Of a stretch of 64,000 nt of DNA, positions 33,509 through 47,270 are shown piece after piece. The notes beneath the pieces were generated by a model. It ran no database searches. It was not told the DNA's origin and saw nothing but the letters and a program-made list of their open reading frames with translations. The translations under genes and the position numbers were made by a program. Numbering within the stretch: the stretch's first letter is position 1; each line of letters opens with the position of its first letter. This stretch comes from Setoptus koraiensis (lineage: Eukaryota > Animalia > Arthropoda): the NCBI GenBank assembly GCA_048013815.1, contig CM106586.1:10664001-10728000 (forward strand). The letters are read 5' to 3'.

Positions 33509-36500
33509 ACAAACGGCAAATAGCCCGTCGCTGCGTAGGTGTATGTTTTCAAGTGGCAAGCGTATACAAGCGGTGCACATATACAAACGATACTCATATC
33601 CGAACGATACTCATATCCGAACGGTGCACATATACAAACGATGTGCAAACGACGCAATATATTACTGCTATTACTGCTATTACTGCGAACGGCGACCGGC
33701 GACTGGCGCGCGGCGCAATGCGGTAATAATAGTCGCTCGGCGACACTTTGGCCCGCTCGAGACACGCGAGCGCGCGAATATCCGAGCCGGATAATCCGTT
33801 GGGCGCGCCGTTCGGGCTGCACAGTTCGCAAAAACAGCACACATATAACACATATAACTGGGCCGGGAATCACATCCGATCATTGAATGGCGAGACACTT
33901 TTGAATTGGCCAATATTTATGCGCACCTCTCATATCTGGGGTCGGGATATGAGTCTGAGAGTAACGCGAAGCCCGAATATCCGCTCGTGGATATCGCGCG
34001 GCGCATCGTTTGGCATCATTCTGCGCTATTTGGCACCGTTCGGCGGCGTTCGGCATATCATTTGGCATAATTTGGCTGACATTGCGCCGAACGGTGTCGA
34101 TCTGGCGCGATTGTCAGACGCTGGAAGCGAGTCACACGGCCGATCCGCTCGCTCGGGCGCGGGCCAAACAAGTAGAGGTATTGTCTACGCGTTGACTAAT
34201 CGCGTCTAGTTATCACCTAGCTACGCAAACAGAATCAAATCCGCAATTGAGTCTAGCTGTCATGTAGACGGCGTGTATCAATGTGCCGTGTTGATACACG
34301 GCTCCAATCACGGCAGTCCAATGAGACTCTCTCAATGAGACTCTCTCAATGAGACTCTCTCAATGAGAGACTCGCTCATGAGAGGCGCTAGATCGAGTGG
34401 CAGCCAACCGATTTGGCATGGCGTCATGTGACAGCCGACGGCGGGCCGTCGATCCATCAGGGCGCACACGACAATGATGTCGCTCGCTCGGCAGCGCCAA
34501 CTGCAACCAATGAACAATTGATTGTTTGCCTATCATTATGGGCAAACAATCAACGCGCCCAAGGTGAATTTGCGCTCCGGTGTGCCATCACCGGTCGACC
34601 GGTTGATGCCGGCCGGCTCCTCAATGAGGAGTCCTCATGAATTTTTTATGAAAGGCGGCCGCTGTGTCGCCTGTGAAAAATCGCCCGAGAATTATTTATA
34701 TTATTTATATTATTGTTATTGTTTATTTATCAATGGTACGCATCCGATCAACAAGTCAAACAAACTCACGGCGCGTCAGTCACGGGCTCAATTTAGTGTG
34801 GTTGTCGAGCCTCGATTGGCCGGCCGCCGCCACCCCCGCCAGTTGCGGTGAACAGGCCCCGTTATTCGCGGTGTAATGCCGCAACAATGCGATTGCCGTG
34901 CGCCAGTTGCAATTTGTCACAAACAGCGGGCCCCATTCACACAACAAGCAGGCACACCTTTGCGTCTTGGCGTATCACACTGGGTTAATCACGCTGCGAG
35001 CGCCGTCATTAGCAGCGGGCATATAATTAATGGCATTTATACTGTGGCTGTTATGTTGTGATTGTGTTGCCGTTGCGCCGAGGAGCGCCGAGATGGGGGG
35101 GCCCCGCGATATCACGCACTTAATTAGAGTGTTTACTTGCTGTCACAATTTGTCACAATGCTGCCGTTATTGCTTCATTAATGCTGCTACTATACAGTGA
35201 CATTGTCACTCTTTGCTACGGTAGTAACAGTCCATATTACTGTGTAGACAATTGGCAAATACCAGTGAATCACTAGCACACTAGTGATTGCATAATAGAC
35301 AACATTGTGCGCCGCCGCGGCCAACACTCATCTCGTCCCGTGATAGCTTCGTCACTAATTGGAGTCGTTACTGTTGAAGTTGCTACTGCTGCTGCTGCTG
35401 CTGCTACTGCTGCAATTGAACTCACCACGTTGCCCAAACAGATAATCTACGTTTATCTGTCTCGCCAATTGTTGGGCGCACTTTCAGCGAATTCGCCATG
35501 TACGCTGTACGTTGGCAACAACGTACGGCGGCCTCAAACAAGAACGTGAGGCAATTGTTGTTTGATTTACGCCTTCCGTCTGGCGCTCACATTACATTAT
35601 TTGCACATGACTAATAGCCCGAAATACACTTTGTAATACGCTCTCTGTGTGCCCTCAATTAGCCTCGGCTCAACGCTCAACGAACGGCGCATTATTTGCA
35701 GAGATAAAATCTCCAGGAAGAATGCGCTTTTTGAATTTTTGTTCCCGTCATTGTTTATCGCCACTGTTTATCTCGGACGATTTTCACTTTGAACTTGGCC
35801 TGTGGCGCCCGCTGCAAAGCTCACCTTGCACCTCCGATAATTGTCGTGTTGTCGTCGCGTAATTTCCGCATTAAACGGGTCGAACGGGTCGGACGGGTCG
35901 AACGGGTTGAACGGGTTGAACGGGTCGCAAACGAGACTCGCTGACAATTCACTTGTGAATCACAAGTTGTGATCCGCTGATCGCATTCCTATGCGTGCAA
36001 ATAGCGCGCCGGCTTGAATGGCTCAAACCACACATGCCTTTCAATTTCGGAAGTAAAGGTCATTTTCTGCCGATTGGCCCGAAGCGGCACCCTGCCAGAA
36101 ATGGAGCAATGCGTGCCTCAAGTTCGCATTGAGGGGCACATGTGCCTCAAAGTGCCCCAATCAGAGGCATTCGAAGACATAAAAGTGCCTCGAAATGCAT
36201 CTGAGGGCATAAAAGTGCCTCGAAATGCGTTCGAGGGCATGCCCTTTTTTAGTTCCGGCAAGTGCCAATTTGGGCCATTTGGCATAAATTCAAAACCTGC
36301 CTTAAATGGTCCAGACTGTGTTCGAATTTAAGCCGGCGCACTACGTGCAAGGCTCAATTGTCGCAATTGCAATATTCACAGCCGCCATACACAGTCGCTG
36401 CACTAATTGGCACTAATTCACCGGTTAGTCATTTGAGTTAATAGCCTCAGTTCGCTGGCCCCATCGCCGGTTGCTTCCTGTGTGAGCCGGCAACGTTCGA

Positions 36501-39104
36501 TGGCCCCCGTCGAACCGGCCAAATAGCTGGCCGTCGAACGCTTCCGCTGACGTAACAAGCGCGGCTAGACAAAACTGAACTCAAAACGTAAAGGCAAGTG
36601 CTGCAGTCGGTAGGTACAAATTAGGTATATATCATTATTACCAGTTTATTGTGGGCTGCGCAGGGGCCAAGACGCGTGAGCTATGGCCATTCTAAACTAT
36701 CAATAGTCTGGCTTAATCCGTCTATTTCTGTCTAATCGGCTATTAGTGTTGGAGCGGGCGCCGGTTTGGTTGTGACAGTAACTCACAATCATCATCAATG
36801 TTAATCATTAATGGCTTACGACGAGACTCTTCACATCAATCCTTGCAAGGGCCACAAGTGCACGCTTAGTACAAGCGGATCAATGGACATAAAATAAAGA
36901 TAGATAGTGCGCGTCTTGCAAGCGAAATATCAAACAATTTCTGGCCACGCCAACCAACTGCGTTGGCGATCAACTGTGTTGGCCCCAGCCGGTCGAGCTG
37001 CACGCTGAACGGGCCCCAACTGCCGGCCGGTCGTTGCACAACATACAAAACGGTCATTTTAGATTCAGCATGGGGTTCTTGTGCCAGCCACTGGTCCGTT
37101 GGTCATTGGGTCAATGGGCAAGACAAGATGGTCACGTAACGCGCGCAGTATGATGGTCGCTTGCAATTAAAGAGCTTCGAGAGGCCAGCACAAAAGTGAA
37201 TTGATTCAAGCAGCTCATCGCAAGATTATACCGACCGATTTATCCCGCTTGGTGCGATTTCTGTCGGGCACCAACAACAACAACAACGCCCACCTCTATT
37301 GATTCTCATCCAAATCCAGCCGGCTGCCAGGTAAACTAAAAATAGATGAAATATTAATAAGTGACTGACAGCAATTACGGCCTCTGTGTGGCTTGGCATT
37401 GATTCACAAGCAGTCTGTCATCATGGTTGATGGGTGCAGTTTCAATTGATGCTGCATCGCCGCGTTCCGGTCCGTATTATCGCCACGATAATATGACGTG
37501 TGAGTCACACGGTGTGACCCATAAATCTGGTGACATATCTCTTGCATCGTCATACACTAGATGGCATGTAGTTGCTGCATAAAACGACAAGTGCACCTAT
37601 GAATTACAATAAATACCATACCTGTACACAGTGCGCATATAAAGAGCGTTTCAAGCTAAGCGACATACCATACATACACACTGTTGCAACGGAAATATTT
37701 CACTTGTTACGCAACGCTGTTGCCTGACTCGAGCGGCCAGATAGAAGACAACACACGGATATGGAGGTCACTTGGAGGCCAACGATCGAAACGAAACGCA
37801 TAATGATACACAAGTCAATCTAGATACAACGGCATCAAGACAACCACTGTGACGGCAAGCGGCTTGCGTCACGTTTCGCAAAGACCTTGCCCGTTTCGCT
37901 GACTGGCGCAAGTTTGGCAGCCGCCCATTGATTACATCACATTGATTGCGTAACGTGTTCGTTTGTAGTTGCTGTTGTTACTATTTTTGTTGTTCGCTAA
38001 TGCAATTTGTCGTAGTCGCTATGCCTTCTTTTATGCTTGCACTCGCTCACATATACATAAATAATGATGTTGACCCCCCTCTTGCACGTACGGTCACCGG
38101 AGCGCCGCTCCGGCCATTGAGGGGCCGGCGCAGATGGGCCAGCGGCTATCGCCAATTGGCATGCCTAGTGGCAGCAACATATGACAGCAACAATGTTCGC
38201 TCATTTGTTTGCAACTTACATAACGACCCCAAACAACGCTACTCGTGCCACTTGATCGCAACACACACAGTAGCGATAATGTGTTAGTGAGCCGATATTA
38301 ATTGTCAAGAAAAACTAATGAATCATCAATGAGCGCACAATTGTATCTCGTGGGCCAGCTATAACTGTCACATGACCACTGTGGCACATCATTAATGTAC
38401 TAATGGAACAACCAGTAAGCCAGAGTTGAATAACACCAAGTGGGCAGTGCGGTGGCCGAACACACACACAGCATAAACTCTGTCCACTGGTAAACGAACA
38501 GTAAGAGGAATTATGAGATATGTTTGAATTATTCATTTGAATCTCATTTGAAAATCCATACTGAGCGAAAAATTTCCGGCGCCACTCCCAATGTGTCGCC
38601 ACTGTACAACAGTGATTGTTACGTCATGCTGGGGGCCACACATTGTTTCAAATCATTAGCATGGACACATGACAACAGCCAGTGGGATCATCCGTGATGG
38701 CAATATCACCATTATGGTGATCTCTTTGTTGCATACACACAACTGTTGTACTACAACCGTTGTGACCCGAAGCGGATATTGTTGTTAGCGGAACAGTGTA
38801 ATCTAATTTTTGGCTTTGTGTCCATTTGCAAATTTGAATGCCATCAGATCTATCATAATGATCGGGTATATCGAGTTTTATCATTAATGCTCGGGCACAC
38901 CTACAATTGATCTCAATTCAATTCAATGCGCCACTCTGGCACGATCTGGCTGCCCAGTCCGGTCGATCTAATTCGGGTCGCATTCAGTCAGATCTAATTC
39001 GGTCTTGGCTCAACCGGCGGTCTGTCCCTCGCTCCGACACACATGCATGAATGTCGCAAGGGGCCACTTTAACAGCCACACACTGTTGAGGCCCGAAGAG
39101 GCGA

Positions 39105-39260
39105 CCGAAAAGGCGACCGAAAAATCGGACCGAAAAATCGGACCGAAAAAGCGGACCGAAAAAGCGACCGAAAAAGCGACCGGAAAACACGGTCGAAAAG
39201 GCCCACCGAAAAACAGGCGCAAAAAACGACCGAAAAAACTAACCGAAAAAACTGACCGAC
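39105..39260. repeat. Degenerate minisatellite, ~11-13-bp unit GCGACCGAAAA(A)
   Basis: About a dozen GACCGAAAA-type units in tandem. Confidence 0.9.
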
Positions 39261-40269
39261 AGAGCCGACCTAAAATCGACTCTGGCCACCTGTCATGTGG
39301 CGGATGATGTAATAGTTGTATTGCATGACATGATGCGAAATGTATTTTTATTTTCTATTCTATTCTGCTCTTTTCTACATACGTAATGGGCGCGTGTGTG
39401 TCGGTCAATATTGGCTTGTAATAAGTAATATCTTGTCACACCAAGACAGATATCTATTTCGGTGTTGTCGTTGACCATCGCAGTTGGTTAAAGTTGTTCG
39501 CTTGCTGATAGTGGCATGTCAACAAAACATAATATAATTGTGAATGTACACAATGTCCTTTGAAGCGGAAGAATGAGCACACATAAAATAGAACGACCCT
39601 AGGCGTACATAGATTATGAAACAAGACGCCAGACGTTTTATGTACACACTCATTCACATTATTTCCAAATGGACACCAATGCGATGTTGCAATATGTTGT
39701 GCGACTCGGTCGTGTATAAAGAATTAGTAGTAAGTAAGTGATTTAGTCAGTCAGTCACTCAGTCAGTAGAGGGGCCCGAGAAAGGATTCTCAGAATTCCT
39801 GATCGCCTGGCCGAATAAATCGCCTGCAAATCGACGACAGCATTCATATCCAGCCAACAAGCGGCGGCATGCTGTCAGCGAGCGACCCACCAAGCTAGAC
39901 AAATAATACATTATTAGCGAGGGAGGAGTGTGGCACGGGATCACTATCAGTAGCTACGTATACTCGATATCAAAAAGTGAAATGGCGGGATCCCCATTTT
40001 TATTTTCTCCCTGTGCGTGAGTTATATCAATATAACATGGTACATATACATATTATATCGTTTGTTATAAATAACAAACTACATAATATGATACGGAAGA
40101 CACACACACACACACACACACACACAATCTCGCTATTTATCGTGACATGCTCGGATGGGGGTCAAATTCTGATTAATTCAAATCTATTGCCAGTCAGTGC
40201 TTCATGATTGATGGCGAAGAATATAAATGAGCAACGACGTGCGTTACGTAACTAACAACAACTTTACAC

Positions 40270-42900
40270 CACATCTAACTATAGAAGTGTGTACATCCTT
40301 CAGATAAATTCAGTATTGTCAACAATCCTTCCAAAGGTTCTATGCTCATTAACATCCCTAACTGGAGCGTGACCCCTCTCTTTACTACTACATACATGTA
40401 TATCTATTGCCTCATTTTGCATATTTATTTATTCATAGTATGTAAATGGTTTATTGGACCAGCTTCCCGAAGGGGAGAAGCACATCTTATTTCGTCATCA
40501 ACAAGACATTAAACTTGCTTGTGGTGGCCAGAAACTCCCTGGTATGTAAATAAGCGACCAAACAAGAATGTGGTAGCAATTATCGACAAATAGAGATATT
40601 CATTATCCATGAGTGGGCCGGTTTCCCGCTGTGAGCAAAACAAAAACAGTTTTGAGTGAAAATTCATTCGCTCATTATTTGAAGGTCAAAAGTTTGTACC
40701 AACTGCTTGAGGTCGTCGTATCATTTGATACCGCTGAAAAGCTTGAGAGACGCGTTTACTTTCCACCGGAAACGAAAAATTTCTCAACTCTAAAAATCGG
40801 ATTAAGTAACTCAGATCTGTGAGCTCACGGGGCGAAAATTTCCATCAAGTTTGCTCGCTGGTGACTAGAGAGTCGTCATTGAACAGCGAACCATTGTTCT
40901 TTGGCCTGCTTCTTCCGGTCGGGAGGCATCAGATCGAATCAAATCGCGCAATGCAAGCGGCAGGATAGAAAATTAGTTGCAAGGCAGTGATTCCTTGATG
41001 ATCTCCGAAACTATATGTTCAAGTGGAGAAATTTTCTAAGCCGGAGTTTTTTCGCCGAAATGATAGAAATTAGTGATTCACAACGATGAAAATAGAAAAC
41101 AAAATTGGAAAAAGGCATCTTCTAAGTATGCCACAAAATGCTGGGCGTCACTTCCCAAGAAAAATCAGTCGATTTCGATTTCGAAAGTACCTCTATCGCA
41201 TTTGATTGACACTGAGTAAGTAGTACTCAGTGGACTTCACCCGAAAGAACTTTACTTACGGATAATACTAACAAATAGAAATAATCGATCTCTACAATCG
41301 AGCTGCTGATTCTTTCTGAGACTGGCCAGCAATTTTATCGGCCTCAACTACATGAAATACAAACTGCAAAGGTCGTTCGAAACATTCGCTCAGCTCATTA
41401 TGATTTTCGTTTCCCTTTTAAACCACATTACATCGTCAGTTGATTTAGTCTCATTCAATTGAACTACAAGCCAGTCAACAAACCAGGAAGGTTGATGAAG
41501 CGCCGAGAATTTCCAAATGAATCCTCCGTTGAATTTTTTCGCTAACTGGAGTATCTTGGGGAAAATTTATGTAGAGTGGCCGTCTAGACACTTTAATCAT
41601 GTTTGTATAGTGGCCGGAATAAGTTTTGGCATTGATGATGGAAACGATTCCATCGGGCAAAGATTGTCAAGACCACGAGTGCATTGTTCAATCATTTTGC
41701 CATGCTGTTATTGAAAGTGATTTTTATTGATATAGTTTAAATCAACTAACATTTATCACTGCAACTATCAGACACTGTCCACGGATGGTTTTTAATCGAA
41801 TTTCAAACCTAGTGTAAAGGGCGGGGAGGTAGTTTCTAAACTGATTAATGACCAATAACTCGATTGGTAAAGTAGTGAGCCGTATACCCAAAGATCTAGG
41901 TTTTGGCCAGTATGAGCACGTTTTCTATTATAGAAATACCCCTTTTTATCCCGAAGTTCCTTCAAGTTAACCATTAAGCATCAGATGACTTAAAGTCTCT
42001 CGAACACACCATGATTCAAATCGCTGACGGTGGTTTGAACAATTTCTGTTTGTTTCAACCACGCAAACGTTTAAGCCGCCAGCCGATCTGTTATGTGATG
42101 TCTGCTGTAGTATTACTATGTTCATCATGTCACTTTCGAGTAAAGATTTATGTCTGCAATGGTCAAATCATGTGACCCAAGATATATACTATAACTTGAA
42201 ATTGCTGGCAAAACATGATTGGCAGTTGGTCTCGGGCGGAGTTGCTTGAATTGATCTAGAAGGTTGACTTCTTTGGGTAGTCTAGTAGATATGATTGAAA
42301 AACTTGGCGCTCATTCATCTCACTTAAACTGGAGCTCACAGTTCACAATTGAGTGACACTGGCATATATCAAATTTCGATCCGATAATAATTGAGATTTT
42401 TCGTACATTTGGTTCGCTATCACTATCATTCAGCACTCATTTGTTCATTGAGAAAAATCTTTCAATTTCGTCTTTCCATTCTGAGTGAGTGAAGTTAATT
42501 TCGTTGAAAATGTACAAATGGGTAAATCTGGTCTAAACGTATATCGTACGTGACGTACGTTACGTCTCAAACAATATATCTAGTCATGATTTGCGCTGAT
42601 GCGAACTTTCAATGTTGTTTTCATACAACAAGAAATGAATAAGAAAATGATAAGCACCGATCGGCGTGCAGCTTGTCTGGTGGGTCACACTGGTTTTGTT
42701 GCAGTAGGGCGCCCTAATGGTGCTGATGGTGATGTTTGCATAAGGATAAGTGGTTTTCCGTTATTGTAAAAGACTTGGGGGCATCTTTAGCGGCACAGTT
42801 GAGTTTTCGCCTACACAACATGTATATGACAATGTAAGATAATGAGATTCTTCTAAATATCATTATCTCAGCTACTACTTTGTTGAGTTGATCCTCACTG
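40270..42900 (-). pseudogene. AT-rich insert inside the island; possible decayed gene, transposon or endogenous viral fragment
   Basis: Lacks the island's GGCC and microsatellite texture. Minus strand has 40-70-codon stop-interrupted stretches, an acceptor-like CACTCAG near 42481 and AATAAA signals near 40425-40456. No family recognised. Confidence 0.35.
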
Positions 42901-44328
42901 AATGGGCGAAAAACCATTTTACAGCGGGTCCACCTAAGCCCGGCTGAAATAAATAGCTGCGAGTCAAAAATTTTAGCTAGTCAAAAATATTAGCTAGTCA
43001 GTATTCATGAGATCGGACGATGGCACCATTCTGCACATCAACTAGATTTGGCTTTACGATACCGCGATGCCAAGTGCGCTCTTCGCAATTCCGATTGAGT
43101 CTTATGAATTTCCTGGTAAATATCTCAACTTTTGGATTGTAATAGTGAAACTGGCGCGTCGCAGCTTAGCCACGATTCACTGGCCTCTCCTCTTCTGGAG
43201 CGAAGGACATAAATAATGTTATCTGGCGGTTTATGCAAAAGCTGCGCCGAGATTAACAGTTTATATATGAGTTTTTGTTGCCGATTCAATTTAAATTCAC
43301 TCACACTTTATCGGGTTTCTATTAAGAGGATTATAATTACGAGACGAACGGCTGCTGTTGACTGTTGCTGGCTTGCTTTTATTATGGCCCGGATATCGGT
43401 TGTGGTGCGCTGGCGAGCTGGCCGATTTTCACTTTCATTGTTGATAAAAATGGATATTGTCAAGCCACAGTGATAACAGATAATCAACGATAATATCTTT
43501 TCATCATTTTTTCATGCAGGCATTCCTGTAGCCGGGCGGCCGAAAGGTGAACGCCTCGCAATGATGAGAACTCGCTTTTTGTTGGCACATTCAAAACAAT
43601 AAGCGGCTTCGAGAGGCTCTGGCACCGGAGCTCGATGATCAGCATAATGTTTCATTTGCAGCCACTTGCTCGCCGGCCGCCGCCCGAAAAGGAAGTGGCA
43701 ATATATTGATATAATGAGATTTGGCGCACACACACACAGCTCAGCTTAGAGATTTGGCGCGAGGCGCCGCAAAGCCGAACTTTGATTGGATGGGCGCCAA
43801 CAGCGCGCCAGTCTCTCTAGTCTGGCTAGCGGGCCAAGCGAGCGAAAAAATACTAGCTCCAGCCGGATATTATTATTGCGAATATAATTCTCGATTCAGC
43901 TGCTTTCGGCGCCAAAGCGTTGGGTTAATTTTGACTACATTGCGCACATTTGGGGCGCGTTTTCTTTTTTTGTTTCGCACGCGCACAATATTTTATTTTG
44001 TGCGTTTGTTGACTTAATGCCAATGCCATAATGTATAAATGCTGAACGGAAGGATCATAATTGCACCATACACACCTGCAGCAGCAGCAGCAGCAGCACC
44101 CACTGCGACTCTCCAGTGTTTATCGTGTGTCAGATGCTGGAGACACCTCGCACACGGCTGCTGCCCGTGAGAGCCGTCAACCGGAAGTGGGCATCGTACG
44201 CGTGAGAAGTGTCTGTCAGAGCTGCAAACATGGTCACAGTGCAGTTTGCAGGTAGCGGCCATTGGACAGGTGACAGCATTAACTGGCTGGTGGTGCTGTT
44301 TTCGGGGCGAGATTTCGTCCGTGCTCAG

Positions 44329-44405
44329 AAAAACAGCGCCCGAAAAACAGCGCCCGAAAAACAGCGCCCGAAAAACAGCGCCAGAAAAACGACGCCAGAA
44401 AAACA
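44329..44405. repeat. Minisatellite, 14-bp unit AAAAACAGCGCCCG, ~5 copies
   Basis: Read directly from the sequence. Confidence 0.9.
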
Positions 44406-45562
44406 AGAGCCGACCGGCTAGTTTTGGCACTCAGTTTCGTGCATTCTGGAGCGAGTGTCGTGTGACAGATTGCGACGTGCCGGTGAGAAACACTGCAAAC
44501 ATATTTTCGTTACATGATTTAAGTGAGTGGTGGTAAACAATGGTCGCAACTCGCAAGAAAACGCGCCACAATGGCGACTTGCAACTTAAAACTCGACCGA
44601 AACGCAAGTTGTCACAGTCCAGTGTGTTTCGGCCGCACAATCCGAGCCGCAGTGGCTATTTCTGTCTCGCTTGACACACTGTCCTGGGCGATATCGGCCA
44701 GCCGATATTGTCAACCGATAGCCGCGGCCAGCCAGCCAGCCAGCCGCGACAATGCCGAGTGCCGACGGACCCACTTGCTGCGCTTAAGCCGGAATTGCCA
44801 GCCGGCCGGCCGGCCGGCGAGCTTGCCAGACAATCGCCTCGCTGGGTGTTTTATCCGCCGCTAATTGATGAGTGCGGCGGCGGCCGCTGAAAAGCTCCAT
44901 CGAATCGAATTGAATCTAGTGCTCGCCGGGCCCCCCACTTGATAATCTCGCATGTGCGACAAGCATGTATTAATGCGCGCGCGTGTGTGTGTGTGTGTCT
45001 ATACAGACACCAACGCAAAGTGGGCCCCAAAAACAACAACCACCACAACATGACATTGCCGAATGACAAGCACTCAATCTCACAAATGTCGCAGCCAATG
45101 TCGAACAATGGTCCCCACCAACATTCCAAGCCGCACAGTGTGTGCACCTGAAATTACAACACCGGCCGAGCAGAATAACGCAATAACAATTGTTGGTGGT
45201 GCCACAACGTGATCGCTGCGGTGTTTACATGACATGTGTCACAACTCGCCGCTCCGGCGTTTGTCTAAAGTGCACTAGCCAATCTCAACAATTGGGGCCC
45301 GGTGTTCTGTTACCCGCCATTGGAGAAGCCATGGGCGAAGAAGACACGTCGGTGGCAATTTAATGCGCCTGCACCTGCTATCTTCTTGCTCACAGTGGTC
45401 TAGTCGAGCCGGCGACAATTGGCTGCCCGGTCTATATATAGTCGCACGATTGCGCATACGATTGCTAATAGCGAGATTCCATAGACCGCCCAGCTGGGCC
45501 GTGCCGAACGTTTAGCGGAGCCCGGAAAAATTGGACAAGTGCCGAAAGCTCGTTGGGAAGAA

Positions 45563-45772
45563 TTCGGAAAGGTTCGGATAAATGTTCGGGCGGTTCGGAG
45601 GGGTTCGGATGAGAATTCGGAGGCGTTCGGAGAGGTTCGGGGCGATTCGGATAAAATTTCGGAAGGGTTCGGAGACTCGGATGAAAGTTCGGAAGGGTTC
45701 GGAGGATTTCGGAAGGGTTCGGAGGATTTCGGAAGGGTTCGGAAAGGTTCGCGAGGGTTCGCAAGGGTTCGG
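45563..45772. repeat. Array of ~21 TTCGG cores, mostly 10 bp apart
   Basis: TTCG(G/C) at 45563, 45573, 45585, 45594, 45604, 45616, 45626...45768. Confidence 0.92.
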
Positions 45773-46861
45773 GAGGAGGGCCGAAAATTGAGAGAATCGA
45801 GATAATTGTGAAGCGTGGCCAGGGGCAGATCTGCAAAAATACGTCGAGCAACATTTAGAGTGGCAGAGATTTAAGTGCTGCCACTCTCCATTCTTCCTGT
45901 TCGTCGGCCCTGGAAGCCAATGGCCAATCGGCGGACGCCTTGGGTGCCTGCGCCGCATCATTGTTGTCGCGCCAGCGTCGATCGTCGCCAGCCGAAATTT
46001 CATTCCGAACGTTCGGATGTTTTGATGTTCGGCTGCTCGGCTGTTCGGACGCCCGAACGTTCGACAATCGGTTCACCTGGGCTCTGCTGAGGGGCCCCGT
46101 GCATTGAGCCGACCGGCAGAGGCAGTGCGTTATGCGAAATAGAACTATTTCGCAACTTGGACGCATCGATTATGCCGACAGCCCGTACACTGTGTGAATC
46201 GTGGCCCCCGTCGTCGGTTGCTGCCATCGTCGGGTTGGCTGTGATGAGCCAATCGGCGACAAGTAGATCATTTAATCAATGGGTTGAGTTGCGAGCCACC
46301 TAACGCTCACCTACAGCATCCGATTGCACTCTCGATGTGACCTTAATCTCTCACAGTCATTCGTTAATGATAGACTCGCCGCGCGCGTTCCGCTGACTGG
46401 GGCCGGTGCCCCGGTCGACATTGCGGGTGCCGCGTCGCCGGCATTACCGGCGCTATTTTGCTTTTTTGGGGGCCCATTTGAAAAGAGCTCTGCCACTCAC
46501 AACTGCACTGGCTCGCTCGCTCTCCTGGGTGCGCGATACACCCACGAGAGAGCCGCATAAAAGACGAACTGGTGAGTGTATGGCCAGAGACACCTCCTCT
46601 TATCCAGTGGTGCGAGTGCCTTGCACGCCACTAAGTCTGGCCCCCAGCCTGGGGCAATGTGCGTAATAATATCACACACTCACACTGCAATGTCGCTGTT
46701 GTTGTTGTCTACCTGTTCGCTCCATCACCGACCAAGACACCGACTAACAAACTCACCGTTTTGTTTTCGGCATTTGCCGAGCCGAGCCAGCGAGCCGCGT
46801 TTAGCCGAGTTTAGCCGGTTTCGGTCGCTTTCAGCCAGTTTTAGCCAGCCAGTGTTCGAGT

Positions 46862-46925
46862 ATCCGAGTATTGCCAGTATTGCCGGTGTTGCCGGTGTTG
46901 CCGGTGTTGCCGGTGTTGCCAGTAT
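46862..46925. repeat. 9-bp minisatellite GCC(A/G)GT(A/G)TT, ~7 copies
   Basis: Read directly from the sequence. Confidence 0.9.
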
Positions 46926-47218
46926 TGGAGTGGTCCGCTTGAACGAGCATCCACATTATTGATACACACAACTGCCAGCCAGCCAGCCAGCTATCTGCGT
47001 GTAGCTCGCATCTGACGGCGCGAAAGAGCAAATGTATTCAGTCAGTCATTCAGTCATCCATAGACACTAACTCTGTCAGAGAGGCCCCGGCGATAGACTG
47101 AGCACAAATATAAGCGCAACAAACAATAAGCTCGTGTCGACACATGTGATGCACTGATTATACACAGGCTATCTCGGGCTTGCCATCGCTTCCTCTATCG
47201 GGCCCCATCGTGAACCCT

Positions 47219-47270
47219 CCCCATTCTGTGTGCCCCATTCTGTGTGCCCCATTCTGTGTGCCCCATTCTG
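47219..47270. repeat. 14-bp minisatellite CCCCATTCTGTGTG, ~4 copies
   Basis: Read directly from the sequence. Confidence 0.9.

Noticed and set aside
45563-45772. Telomeric repeat or heat-shock element array
   Set aside because: Not tandem TTAGG-type pentamers, and the TTC/GAA spacing (1 and 3 nt) does not fit nGAAnnTTCn.
45855-45910. EQEEWRVAA resembling the pre-M4 segment of Cys-loop receptors
   Set aside because: It is followed directly by LKSLPL-stop, with no TM helix, no splice donor and no other receptor exons.
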